Shown: positions 42,120 through 53,213, counted from the first letter of the stretch. The stretch: 64,000 bases of DNA from an uncultured Acidobacteriota bacterium (GCA_963827655.1 CAWHCF010000044.1:160001-224000); one strand, 5' to 3'. Notes: generated by a model from the letters alone, not told the origin. Translations and numbers: made by a program.

Positions 42120-42189
42120 GCTCGTAGAATCGTCCGTCCTGTATTTCTTTCTTAGCGGTGGCTTCTTTGCCGGAGCGAGAATGGTCTGC

Positions 42190-43917
42190 TCAGTCGATTC
42201 TGCTGTACGATTGGATGGCAACCAGACGTAACCCGAGCCCCACCGCAGCCACTCCCAACAAGACCCCCGTCGGGGAAAACATTCCGGTGCCGCTTGCCAG
42301 AATTGCGTACCATACGACCCTCCATCCCAATTCCAGTCGCGCCGCGCACCAGATAACAAAAGTGTAAAAGACCATGCCGGAAGCCCCAATCCAGATGCGG
42401 TTTCCGACTCGCCCTCCGGAACCCTTGCCAAGTCCAGTCAAACCCCAAATCCATGCCGGCAGTGCTAGAAAAGTCACCGTCCAGTAACGGTTGTGCCCAA
42501 GCCCAACGACGATTACTCCCAACAAGACGGTCATCAGGAGTAATTTCGATACAAAGAAATCGGGCCGGGCCAGATTTCGGGTTAAGGGTTTCCCGGCAAA
42601 ATAAAGGACCACGGCGCTCACGATCGCCACTCCCAGAATTCCGCTTACCACTCCCCAGGCCGGATTCTGCAGAACCGGATCTTTGACCGGGGCCGGATAG
42701 AGAGTGTAGCGAGGGATGAGACGCAGAATTCGGAAGAGCGCAATCGAGAAGTATGCCAGCGCGAATGGAAGCGTAGCTGCCAATAACGCAAGCGCTTCTC
42801 GCGCGACGCGCGCCAGATTCAAGTATTTCCGATGGTTTGCAAAATGAAACCAGAGCATCGCAAGAAACGGAACAAAGCTGGCATATTGCAGGCCGGCGAT
42901 CCACGACGGCGCAAGATAACGATCACTTCGCACCCTGAACCATTCCATCGATTCTTGCTCAACCGACGAGAGTGCATCGATCGTTCTCAATATTCCTTCT
43001 GCAGTCTGGCCGAATGTCCTGATACTCCCAACGTTCATGTTTTCGATCAGGTCGCTCTCGGAATGATAAACGGCGCGCTCGCGCCAGCGGTCCTGCGACC
43101 CGCTCCCGAGGTTGATGGCAGGAGTTCCCTCTCGGAGGAAAGGACCCTGGTCGTTCCAGGAGATGAGAAGCGCCCGCTCCAGGTGCTCCCTGAAGCTGGA
43201 CGGTTCTCGCACAGCAAGACCACTCTGACCGGCTGCGCGCCGGGCGATATCCCGCAACCAGGGAGGCGCGTAGCCTCCCATCTGCCCTACGGTGTTAAGG
43301 CGAAGCTCGGCGATTTCGCCCACAGCGACGTAATCAAGCGATATTACTGCCACAATGCGGCCCCGTTCCGAGTAGCTGCGAGCTATGTCCAGCGCGCCCA
43401 GCATCCCCCATTCCGCACCATCCGACGCGACCAGCAGAAGGGTGCGCCGGGGAATCTCGGTCGAAAAAGCGCGCGCCAACTCCAAGAGCGCGCCGATACT
43501 CGAACCATTGTCCATGGCTCCCTGCCTGGTAGTGGGGGCGGTATCGTAATGGGCCATCGCAGCTAGAATCTCGTGGCTTCGCCCCTCTTTGATGGCCAGG
43601 ACATTCCTCCCTACCTGGCGCCGGCTCGCAATAATGGCATCAAAATGTGTATAGCCGACCTCGTAGCCCAATGACTCAAACTGCTGCTTGAGGTATCCCG
43701 TCGATTGCCGGGATTCGATCGAACCAAGCACCCGGCGCGGAAACCTGGTAACGAATTCCCGCGCAAAGCCAAGGGCTTGCGCAGCGTCGAACCGCGCAGG
43801 AGATTGAACAAGTGGAAGAGGGTCTGCCCTGGATTGCACAAACAGGATGCTTGCCAGCCAGCTCAAAAAAACGGCGGCCATCAGGACCATAATGACTCGG
43901 GTTTGTTGTCGATCCAT
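42190..43917 (-). CDS. M28-family metallopeptidase with C-terminal multi-TM domain
   Basis: AHYDT, GAMDNGSS, DGAEWGMLG, SLD, YHSESD; about 7 C-terminal TMs. Confidence 0.83.
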   Translation of the reverse strand: MDRQQTRVIMVLMAAVFLSWLASILFVQSRADPLPLVQSPARFDAAQALGFAREFVTRFPRRVLGSIESRQSTGYLKQQFESLGYEVGYTHFDAIIASRRQVGRNVLAIKEGRSHEILAAMAHYDTAPTTRQGAMDNGSSIGALLELARAFSTEIPRRTLLLVASDGAEWGMLGALDIARSYSERGRIVAVISLDYVAVGEIAELRLNTVGQMGGYAPPWLRDIARRAAGQSGLAVREPSSFREHLERALLISWNDQGPFLREGTPAINLGSGSQDRWRERAVYHSESDLIENMNVGSIRTFGQTAEGILRTIDALSSVEQESMEWFRVRSDRYLAPSWIAGLQYASFVPFLAMLWFHFANHRKYLNLARVAREALALLAATLPFALAYFSIALFRILRLIPRYTLYPAPVKDPVLQNPAWGVVSGILGVAIVSAVVLYFAGKPLTRNLARPDFFVSKLLLMTVLLGVIVVGLGHNRYWTVTFLALPAWIWGLTGLGKGSGGRVGNRIWIGASGMVFYTFVIWCAARLELGWRVVWYAILASGTGMFSPTGVLLGVAAVGLGLRLVAIQSYSRID

Positions 43918-44088
43918 GAGGACTTTGCGTGTCTTCGCGCCTTCGTGGTGATGCTCGTCAAGGCGCGCTACCAACGGACGCCGAGGAAAGCCGGAAGCGA
44001 CGGGCCGCCAGAGTCTAACACAGGATGCTCATGTGCTATCATCCTTCAGCATTAAACACATTTATCCTGGCGTCCTGGAGTCTTCGCG

Positions 44089-45828
44089 GTGAGTAAAACC
44101 GATCCATTCCACAGGGGAAAGAAGCAGGTAGCCGAAATCCTGGAAGAGATCGCCGCTCTGCTTCAAATCAAAGGAGAGAATCCATTCAAAAGCCGTGCCT
44201 ACACCAACGCGGCGCGTGCGATCCGAACGACCCAGGAGGATCTAACCGAACTGGTAACCTCGGGCCGGCTTCAAGAAATCAAGGGAGTTGGCGGCGCGCT
44301 CGAAGAAAAGATAGCCGAAATCGTAACCACCGGGCAGTGCAAGTATCACCAGGAACTGCGAGCTCCCTATCCGCCGGGCTTCATGGAGATGTTGAAGATA
44401 CCGGGATTAGGAACCGGCAAAATGAGGGTGCTCTGGGAAAAACTTGGAATCAGCACGATCGGTGAACTGGAATATGCCTGCAACGAGAACCGGCTTGCGC
44501 TGCTGGAAGGCTTCGGCGAAAAAACCCAGCAGAAAATTCTGAAGGGAATCGACTACATCAAGCGGCATCGCGGCCAGTATCTCTCAAACTTCGCGCTCAG
44601 GGAGGCGACTGCTCTGCTCGAATCTCTGGGCGAGTCGCCTGACGCCCGACAAGTGAGCCTGGCCGGCAGCTTGCGCAGACGCAACGAAATCGTCAAAGAC
44701 ATTAATATCATCGCGAGCTCCCCTGACCCCCGAGCTCTGGTCACGCATTTCGTCGCGCTCCCTCAGATCGAAGCCATCGTGGAGCAGGACGAGACCAGGG
44801 CCACCGTTACCCTGATTTCGGGGATCAAGTCCGACTTGCAAGTGGTGAGTGAGAAAGAATTCCCTTACGCGCTGCGCTATTTCACGGGATCGAAAGAGCA
44901 CAATGCCGCCATGCGCAGGCGTGCTGAATCAATGGGTTTGAAGCTGGATGAGCGCGGCCTGTTTCGCGGAGACGATCTCGTGGCCTGCAGAGACGAGGAC
45001 GAGCTCTTCGCCAGGCTTGGCTTAGCCGATATCCCTCCCGAACTGCGCGAAGATATGGGTGAGATCGAGGCGGCCGAGAAGAACTCGCTCCCCGGCCTTG
45101 TCACGGAAGATGAGCTTCAGGGAATTCTGCATGTCCATTCAACCTATAGCGACGGCACCGGCACGCTGGAAGAGATGATCGTGGCCGCTGTTCGATTGGG
45201 ATACAAGTACATTGGTATTTCAGACCACAGCAAATCCGCCTTTTACGCCCGCGGACTGAGCGAATCGGACATCGCCCGCCAGCAGGAAGAAATCGCGGGA
45301 ATTCAGAAGAGGTTTCCGGAGATCAGGATTTTCAAGGGGATTGAATCCGATATACTGGCCGATGGTTCTCTGGACTATGATCGATCGACCCTCGCGGCCT
45401 TCGACTTCGTGATCGGCTCCATTCACAGCCGTTTCAACATGACGGAACCGGAGATGACTGCGCGCGTCATTCGGGCGATTGAAAATCCTTTCCTTACGGT
45501 ATTGGGTCACCCCACGGGCCGGCTTCTTCTGTCTCGCGACAGCTACCCGCTGGACGTGCGTAAGGTCATCGACGCGGCCGCTGCCAACCACGCCGCCGTC
45601 GAGATAAACGCGCACCCGCACCGCCTCGAGCTCGATTGGCGTTTCGGCAGGTACGCCGCTGAAAAGGGGGCCATGTTGTCGGTGAACCCGGACGCCCACA
45701 ATCCGGCAGCGCTTTCGGACGTGAATTACGGAATAGGAATTGCTCGAAAATCGTGGCTCGGGCGCGCCCAGATCCTGAACTGCCGGGATGCCGACGGCTT
45801 CCTGCAGTTCAGTCTCTCCCGCCGCTAG
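44089..45828 (+). CDS. polX: DNA polymerase X / PHP 3'-5' exonuclease
   Basis: GENPFK..AY, GSLRR, FTGSKEHN, IPPELRE, HVHSTYSDG, SDHS, GHPTGR, NPDAH. Confidence 0.95.
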   Translation: MSKTDPFHRGKKQVAEILEEIAALLQIKGENPFKSRAYTNAARAIRTTQEDLTELVTSGRLQEIKGVGGALEEKIAEIVTTGQCKYHQELRAPYPPGFMEMLKIPGLGTGKMRVLWEKLGISTIGELEYACNENRLALLEGFGEKTQQKILKGIDYIKRHRGQYLSNFALREATALLESLGESPDARQVSLAGSLRRRNEIVKDINIIASSPDPRALVTHFVALPQIEAIVEQDETRATVTLISGIKSDLQVVSEKEFPYALRYFTGSKEHNAAMRRRAESMGLKLDERGLFRGDDLVACRDEDELFARLGLADIPPELREDMGEIEAAEKNSLPGLVTEDELQGILHVHSTYSDGTGTLEEMIVAAVRLGYKYIGISDHSKSAFYARGLSESDIARQQEEIAGIQKRFPEIRIFKGIESDILADGSLDYDRSTLAAFDFVIGSIHSRFNMTEPEMTARVIRAIENPFLTVLGHPTGRLLLSRDSYPLDVRKVIDAAAANHAAVEINAHPHRLELDWRFGRYAAEKGAMLSVNPDAHNPAALSDVNYGIGIARKSWLGRAQILNCRDADGFLQFSLSRR

Positions 45829-45854
45829 ACCTGGCGTCTCTTTCGTGGTTAAGA

Positions 45855-47193
45855 ATGAAAGACCTTGAAGCAAACCGCTTCCGTCAGCAGGCGGAGGATG
45901 GTTGGTGGTCGCGTGAGCGGGTGCTGGTCCTCGCTCTTTTCATCGCCACGGCGCTCGCCTTTTATCTCTGCTATCTCCTGGCCTACCCATTTCTGCCGGC
46001 GCTCGCCTGGGCCCTGACGCTTGCTGTCGTTGCTCATCCGCTTCACGACTGGATTGCGCGCCGGATTTTTCGTCCCAACCTGGCGGCCGTGCTGGCGGTT
46101 CTCCTGGTTGCGACAACCGTCGTGGCTCCCGGGCTCTTTGTCACGCAGCGTCTGGTGCGCGAGAGCATGAAAGTCGTGGAGACAATCGAGACCGAGGCTG
46201 TGAGCGGGCGGTGGCAGGCTATTATCCAGCGCAACCCTCAGCTCGCTCCGATACTGAAACGGATCGAAGCCCAGATGGACCTGCGCAATGCCGTTGAGGG
46301 CGCCGCTAACCTGGTCACAGAGCGCTTTTCATCTTTCGTGGGAGGATCGGTCTGGTTTGTGGGGGAGTTGCTCATTACCTTTTTCTTTCTTATTCTATTT
46401 CTTGCGCGACCGCAGGCTGGCGCTTAACGCTCTCAAATCAATCATCCCTCTCTCAGACGCCGAGAACGAGCAAGTTTTCCAGCGCGTTGCCGAGACGATT
46501 TACGCGACTGTCTACGGGACACTCGCGGTTGCTTTGGTCCAAGGTTTTTTGGGGGGCATGGTCTTCTGGTGGCTGGGGATAGCCACGCCGTTCCTCTGGG
46601 GTGTCGTGATGGCGCTGCTGGCTGTCGTCCCAATGCTCGGCGCCTTCGTCGTCTGGTTGCCGGTCGCCGGTTTTCTTGCCCTGGAGGGAAGTTGGGGCAA
46701 AGCCTTGTTTCTGATAGCCTGGGGTGGAATCGTGATCGCCCTGGTTGACAATCTGCTCTATCCCGTCCTGGTCGGGAAGCGGCTGCGGTTGCATACGCTC
46801 CCTGTTTTCGTCGCGATGCTGGGAGGTCTGGTGGTATTTGGAGCCTCGGGAATTATCCTGGGCCCGGTCGTTCTGGCCATCACGGCCGCGCTGATTGAGG
46901 TCTGGCGGCGACGCACCGCCGGCGGTCGCGCCGCCGAGGGTGGTATCAAGGACTTCTTTAGGCGCTTAGCGAAACGTTCAAACCAACATGTTGTCGTTCC
47001 GAAGGGGCCTTTCGTTCGGGGCGAAGTCCCCGGACGAACCTTGGAGTCTTCCGAGTCTTCGCGGTTAGTGAGACGGACGGGATTGCGAGTCACTTCAACT
47101 CTGTCACCACAAGCTGGAACGCCATCCCCTTGCTGTCGTGTGACGTCGGTCCCGCGCCTACCGGGCAATAGACTTTGTATGTTCCCGGCTTGA
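45855..47193 (+). CDS. AI-2E family transporter (frameshift near 46385; 3' end uncertain)
   Basis: PFLPALAWA, FYFLRD, VDNLLYPVLVG, GGLVVFGASGIILGP. Confidence 0.88.
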
Positions 47194-47563
47194 GGTCAAC
47201 CTGAAGCTCGCCGGTTTCCCCCGGTTTCAGATTCTTGCTCAACGCTTTCTCAAGACCCTGCCCCTGGATTTTCAGGTTGTGAGTTTCCGTGCCGCTGTTT
47301 GTGATCTTGAGAGTCCTCGCTCCGGCTTGGAGGGAAGTCGGCATCTCGATCTTCCATTCTGTCAGATTGACAGTCACAGGTTGTCCGGCTGCCACGCTGC
47401 TCGAAGAAGCAGGCTCAACCCGGTTTTGAAGCGAAGCAGTGGTGGGAGGAGTAGCGATATGTTGATCCATCGCGGCGCATGCGCAAATCAGCAACAGGAC
47501 GCCGGCGCTCAGCGAGGCTCTCAGAACCGGGAGCGTCAGTGCCTTAGATCGATAGAAATACAT
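47090..47563 (-). CDS. Cupredoxin (type-1 copper) putative lipoprotein
   Basis: Lipobox-like ICAC; HNL...YCPV....H...GM ligand set. Confidence 0.82.
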   Translation of the reverse strand: MYFYRSKALTLPVLRASLSAGVLLLICACAAMDQHIATPPTTASLQNRVEPASSSSVAAGQPVTVNLTEWKIEMPTSLQAGARTLKITNSGTETHNLKIQGQGLEKALSKNLKPGETGELQVDLKPGTYKVYCPVGAGPTSHDSKGMAFQLVVTELK

Positions 47564-47954
47564 AATCCCTCCTTGACACGTCCAGTAAGCCGGCTTGCTG
47601 GTGATTTGGGCGTTGCGAGCCGGGCGGTGAAGCCGGATCCTTTTACGAAGGATCTTCCATGGTAAGGCAATTTGTTAGCCACAATCGCCGTGCGGAAACT
47701 CTCAGCTGGCAGTCGAATCGGGTTTCCAGCTGGATTGCAACAAATAGAAGGCTTCCTGACGGGAGCTAACAAACAGTGACGACGTAGTAAGTAAGGACCC
47801 CTCGGCAGGGAAAAACACCCTCTTGAGAAGTGAGAAGTCCTCGAGATATTTCAATATTTTCGTTTCTTCAAGGCCGCGACGCCAGTCATCATGTCAGGGG
47901 CGGGGATTCTTTGGAGTGCGCCAGTACTCCAAAATAGGTCACCGTAATTGTGAA

Positions 47955-49669
47955 ATGCGCTACTTAGTTTTTGCGCTGATCTCAATCTCCTTTGCGTCCT
48001 TGTGTCCTGGCGGTTTATTGATCGACTGCAGCTGCCCAATCTTCGGATGGAATCCGTTTCACCAACGTAACGGCCCAAACCGGCATCACCTTCAAGCACG
48101 TATCCTCTCCGGAGAAAAAATTCATCATTGAGTCGATGAGCGGAGGGGCCGCTCTCTTCGACTACGACAACGACGGTCTGCTCGATATCTATTTGATCAA
48201 CTCCCCCACTGTCGCCACAGCCGCGAATCCTCGCAGCGCCCGCAGCGAGCTGTGGCGCAACAAAGGGAACGGCACGTTCGCCGACGTAACCGAAAAATCG
48301 GGGCTGGGATATCCGGGGTGGGGAATGGGCGTTTGCACCGGCGACTTCAATAATGACGGCCGGGAAGACGTCTATGTCGCATGTTTCGGGCCCGATCATC
48401 TCTACCAGAACAACGGCGACGGAACTTTCACCGACGTGACCGAAAGAGCCAAGGTGAACGACTCTCGCTGGTCCACAGCCGCGGCCTTCGCTGACTATGA
48501 CAATGACGGCTGGCTCGACCTGTTCGTGGCAAACTATGTCGATTTCAAGCTCGACAATCTTCCGGAGTTCGGAAAAGGACCAACCTGCCAGTACCGCGGA
48601 ATCGCGGTTCAGTGCGGACCGCGAGGCCTCCCTGGCGCCGGAGACGCCCTCTATCGCAACAACCGGGATGGGACCTTCAGCGAAGTCTCCGGGGCAGCCG
48701 GAGTATCGGATCCGGCCGGACATTACGGTTTAGCAGTTCAGTGGTGCGATTTCAACGAAGATGGCTACGTCGACTTGTATGTCGCAAACGACAACCGGCC
48801 CAATTATCTCTACCGGAACAACGGTAACGGAACGTTTAGCGACATCTCGTTCCAATCCGGTGCGGCACTCACCGAAAACGGGTCGGAGCAAGCCAGCATG
48901 GGGGTGACAATCGGAGACTACGACCATCGCGGCCGCTGGAGTATCTTCGTCACCAATTTCTCCGGCGAGTACGACACGTTGTATCGCCATGAGAAGGATT
49001 TTCGCTTCACCGATGTCTCCCTGGCTTCGGGGACGGCGCTGTCCAATTTCCCCTTCGTAGGTTGGGGAACAAAATTCTTCGATTACGACAACGATGGATG
49101 GCTGGACCTTCTGGTCGTCAACGGCCACATTTATCCCCAGATGGAGAACGCGAATCTCGGAACCACCTATCTGCAACGCAAGCTGCTTTACAGGAACAAC
49201 CGCAACGGCACTTTCGCTGAAATCGGCGAGAGCCTGGGACCGGCGCTGACCGAAAGGACGTCGAGCCGGGGAGCCGCCTTCGGCGATCTTCGACAATGAC
49301 GGAGATATCGATGTCGTGGTGAACAACATCGATGGGGCTCCGACCGTTCTGCGCAACGACGGCGGAAAGAACAATTTCGTGACGATCCGGCTGATCGGCA
49401 GCGAGGGAAATCGTAATGCTTTCGGCGCCCGCGTGAAGGTCGTCTCGGGAGACCTGGCACAGATCGACGAGTGCCGCAGCGGCGGCAGTTACATCTCTCA
49501 GAACGACACGCGCCTGCACTTCGGCCTGGAGGGGAGACCGAATATCGACCGGATCACAATCCACTGGCCTGGTGGAAAGATCGAGAACGTAACCGGTGTT
49601 CCGGCGAATCGCTTCGTGACTATCACGCAAGGGCGCGGCATCACGGCAATCAGGCGCGCCAACAGGTAA
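47955..49669 (+). CDS. CRTAC1-family (FG-GAP/VCBS + ASPIC/UnbV) secreted protein A (frameshifts near 48000-48050 and 49290)
   Basis: Repeated DYDNDGWLD and [10 protein letters not shown]; C-terminal [22 protein letters not shown]. Confidence 0.9.
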
Positions 49670-49677
49670 CAGGCTTT

Positions 49678-49709
49678 AGAAGCCAGAAGTCAGAAGCCAG
49701 AAGTCAGGA
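49678..49709. repeat. Heptamer tandem repeat (AGAAGYC)x4
   Basis: AGAAGCC AGAAGTC AGAAGCC AGAAGTC AGGA. Confidence 0.8.
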
Positions 49710-49757
49710 TCAAGAATATCATTGAGACAGGCCCGGAGTGTGGCCAATTCGCAGGTT

Positions 49758-50020
49758 GCGGCAGCAAGCTGCCGCCTGGAATTTGGACATTTCGCAGGCT
49801 CGGCGGCGCGCGTGCGGTTACCAGGGCCGAAGGCCCGGCAGTGGATAGCCCCGCCCGCTAGGGCGGGGACTTGCACGACCTCGAGTCCGAGGTCCGAAGG
49901 ACCGGCACTCCGACTGTGTCGCACCTTCGGCGCTCGTTTTAAACCTGAACTCTTTTCCCCGGCCTTACGGCCGGGCCTACGCACTGCCCGCCCTTCGGGC
50001 CTTGCGGCAGCTTGCTTCGC
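49758..50020. repeat. Multi-hairpin MITE/REPIN-like element (49823-50002) flanked by a REP-like palindrome pair
   Basis: Ends AGGGCCGAAGGCCC..GGCAGTG / CACTGCC..GCCCTTCGGGCCT; internal hairpins CCCCGCCC-GCTA-GGGCGGGG and CCCGGCC-TTAC-GGCCGGG; outer GCGGCAGCAAGCTGCCGC and GCGGCAGCTTGCTTCGC. Confidence 0.72.
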
Positions 50021-50048
50021 GGAGCAGCCTACTCGGCGGCGATAACCG

Positions 50049-50935
50049 TCACCGAGACTTCAGTAACTCCTGCGCGATCTTGAACTCGCGTTCGGCGTCA
50101 TCCGCTCGCCCCAGACTCTGGTAGGTTTGGCCAAGCATATAGTGGGCGTTCGAATTCCTGGGATCGAGTTTGATCGCCTGTTCCAGCATCTGGGCTGCCA
50201 GGTTGTGAACCCCTTTGGTCTTGAGTATCTTCCCGAGCAGGAGATAAGGTCCGGTGAAATTAGAGTTGAGCCAGATCGACCGCTGCAACGCGGCCACAGC
50301 CTCGTCTAACTTCTGCAAACGTTCCAGCGCCTCCCCCAATCTAAAATGTGCCAGCCACAAGCCGGGGTTGATCGCAATCTCGGCCTGATACTGTGTGACC
50401 GCCTGCTCGAAATTACTCTTGCCCATGGCGGCCTCCGCCAGAACCAGGTGTCCCTGGGGAATACGCGCATCGGCCTCGAGGCTGCGCTTTGCTTCTCCCT
50501 CCGCGTGGTTCCATATTCCCTGCCGCAGAAACATCTGCGCATTGATCAGGAACCCTCGGGCGGAATTCGGCTCCACGCCGAATATCTTGCCGAACAGGAT
50601 TCTTGCCTTTTCCACAGCCGAAGTCTGGATGTAGGAAAGGCCGAGGATGTTTTGATAATTGACGTTGTCGGGGAACCACTGCACACTTTGCTCGAGATAC
50701 GGTATCGCCTCGGAGAGTCTTCCCATGAAGTAATGGGAGAGCCCGGTGAGCTGGACAGCCTGCTTGTCCTCAGGATTTTCTTGAAGCACAGGCCGGAGCG
50801 TTTCGAGTACCTGAGCGTACTCGCGCGCATCATACAGCCGCGACGCTTGCTTGATGCGGTCTTCTTGGTCTGAGGGGCGGCCAGAACCAGCCCGGCGCAC
50901 AGACCGAGTGGCAGCAGGCACGCTAAGATTCTCAC
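50049..50935 (-). CDS. Secreted TPR protein (frameshift near 50870)
   Basis: Signal peptide VRILACLLPLGLCAGLVLA in one frame, about 7 TPR-like repeats in the next. Confidence 0.85.
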
Positions 50936-50936
50936 A

Positions 50937-52403
50937 ATGCCGTTACTATACACAGCCGCAAATCTGATTGTCACCGTCCTCCTGAGCTTTCTTCACGCTC
51001 CAGCCGAAAACGGCTATGCAGGTTCTGAAGCCTGCGCGACCTGCCATGACGCGATATTCAAGGTTCAATCCGATAGCCGCCATGCCCATTCGTGGAGGGC
51101 TCCGGGCAAAGAATTTCCGGCTGACTACCAGGTCGAGCTCGAAGGCAACGAATCACTGTCCGTTCCGGTCGGGGCCATACTTGGAGGAGACCGATTCGGG
51201 TTCAGTTTTATTCTGGAGTTGGACAAACTTGGAGGAGTCTCGCTTCCACGAAAGACTCTGATCGAGGGACGTTACTTGCACAGTGTCCGAACCGGAAAAC
51301 GAGCCCTCTCACCCGGCCTCCCCGCGGAAACCCCTGATTCATATGGTACGGCTGCCGGCCGGGTTTTGAGTCCGGCCTTTGCAAAGAAATGCCTGGGATG
51401 CCACGGCTCCCCCTCCGAGACTACTCCAGATACCGGGGTCCGCTGCGAGCGCTGTCACGGTCCGGGACGACAGCACATCGGCGCCGTGGGCGCGAAGTCA
51501 AAGGAGCTTGCAATCGTGCACCCGGGAAAGCTTCCGGCTGGAAAGCTGCTCGAAATCTGTGGGGAGTGCCATTCCGGCTTCTTCCCTCTTCAAGAGCCAC
51601 GTCCGGAGGATCTGCTGATTTCGAACCAGGTGACGGCGCTCAAGAATTCAGCCTGCTATACCAGGAGCAACGAGGGCATCACCTGCCTGACCTGCCACAA
51701 TCCGCATACCAACGCGCAGCATGAGGATCCGGCTTACGAGCGCGCGTGTCTCTCGTGTCATGCGCGCGAGGCTGCGCCGCCCAGGGGTCGGCGCCCTGCG
51801 GCCAGGGCCCAGAAACCGAACGAGACACTCGGGCCCCCGAAGACAAAGCCTTGTTCCGCTCACAAGACTACGGGATGTGTGACCTGCCATATGCCGGTCA
51901 CGAAACGCACCGACGCTTTTCCGCTGGTGGATCACTGGATTCGAGTGGTCGAGCGTCCGATGCCTGAGAATATTCGCGGGAAGATCACGCGCGCGGTTTC
52001 TCTGGCCGAACGGGGAAACAAGAATGACGCCATCCGATCGCTCGAGGCGCTCCTTGCAGACGGCGCCGGCGAACCCTCATTGCATTACAACCTGGGACTC
52101 GCCTACGAGGAGAGCAACCGGTTGGAGGATGCCCTGAAGTCATATCAGGAGGCGATAAAGTTGGAGCCCGATATGGTGGCCGCGCATATTAATCTCGGTT
52201 CCCTGCTTCTCTCGCAGGCGAAAGTCGACGAGGCGATCGCAGTTTTCCAGAAGGCGGCGCAGATCAATCCGCTGGAGGTCACGGCTCATTACAACCTGGC
52301 CATCGCCTACCAGCATAAAGGGGATGACCAACGGATGCAGCGCGAGCTTCAGCTCGTGGTTGCCATCAACCCGAGGATGAAGAAAGTATTGACGCCGCGC
52401 TGA
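50937..52403 (+). CDS. Multiheme cytochrome c (7 CxxCH) fused to TPR repeats
   Basis: CATCH, CLGCH, CERCH, CGECH, CLTCH, CLSCH, CVTCH; YAGS motif, DHWIR; C-terminal TPRs. Confidence 0.9.
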   Translation: MPLLYTAANLIVTVLLSFLHAPAENGYAGSEACATCHDAIFKVQSDSRHAHSWRAPGKEFPADYQVELEGNESLSVPVGAILGGDRFGFSFILELDKLGGVSLPRKTLIEGRYLHSVRTGKRALSPGLPAETPDSYGTAAGRVLSPAFAKKCLGCHGSPSETTPDTGVRCERCHGPGRQHIGAVGAKSKELAIVHPGKLPAGKLLEICGECHSGFFPLQEPRPEDLLISNQVTALKNSACYTRSNEGITCLTCHNPHTNAQHEDPAYERACLSCHAREAAPPRGRRPAARAQKPNETLGPPKTKPCSAHKTTGCVTCHMPVTKRTDAFPLVDHWIRVVERPMPENIRGKITRAVSLAERGNKNDAIRSLEALLADGAGEPSLHYNLGLAYEESNRLEDALKSYQEAIKLEPDMVAAHINLGSLLLSQAKVDEAIAVFQKAAQINPLEVTAHYNLAIAYQHKGDDQRMQRELQLVVAINPRMKKVLTPR

Positions 52404-52475
52404 GCGGCTGCGCCCTTTCGGGTCCACCGCAATGACGCGAAGACGCTTATAACTTGATGTTGGGGCAGGAGGGAT

Positions 52476-52698
52476 ATGAAATACCTTGGCAGGGTGAAAC
52501 GACAAGGCAGCGATCTGAAGATGCCTGATTCCTTTCGGGAAGTGGCAAAAACGGAAGTTTATGAGGCCATCAGTCGTCGAGGGCGACATTCTACTTCTTG
52601 CAACTCCACTCGATCGCGAGCGGGTGAAACAAATTCAGGATCTGACAGATCGCTCAATACAAGAGCACCGGCGCACACTTGAGGGACTGGCCCGGTGA
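52476..52698 (+). CDS. AbrB/MazE-like antitoxin (frameshift near 52570)
   Basis: MKYLGRVKRQGSDLKMP..., continuing in a shifted frame as VVEGDILLL...IQEHRRTLEGLAR*, with GTGA overlap onto doc. Confidence 0.65.
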
Positions 52699-53084
52699 AC
52701 TGGCTGACTCTTCGTGAGCTTCTGATCATTCACGAACGAGTAATCGCCGAAACCGGAGGTTTAGCCGGTGTCTCGAATCCTGCGGGCCTCGATTCGGCCC
52801 TGTCGCGGCCTTTCACTGCTTTCGGCGGTGTTGAACTCTTTCCAGATATTGTTACGAAAGTCTCGGCGCTGATCCACAGTATCATTTCATTTCACCCCTT
52901 TGTCGACGGGAACAAACGCGTCGCTTTGGTCGCCGCCGATGTAACGCTTCGCCTGAATGGCTCTCGCCTTGTCCCGTCGATGGAGATCGAACCCTTCTTT
53001 TGGTCAATAGCGAGGGGCGAAAGGGACGTTGAGGCCATTGCGGAATGGCTGAAGCATCAGATCGAGCCTTGGCATCAGTCTTAG
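52695..53084 (+). CDS. doc: Death-on-curing (Doc/Fic) toxin
   Basis: HPFVDGNKR Doc motif; LDSALSRP; 129 aa. Confidence 0.9.
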   Translation: MNWLTLRELLIIHERVIAETGGLAGVSNPAGLDSALSRPFTAFGGVELFPDIVTKVSALIHSIISFHPFVDGNKRVALVAADVTLRLNGSRLVPSMEIEPFFWSIARGERDVEAIAEWLKHQIEPWHQS

Positions 53085-53213
53085 CCCACTCGTCACTTCG
53101 CTGCGTTATCCGCGTCTGAAAGCATCCGCGACACGTTTCGATTGTCTCGGTTAGCGGAGCTTGGCGTCTTCGGGTCTTGGTGGTAAAAACGGGGTCTAGC
53201 CCATCTGTAACCG

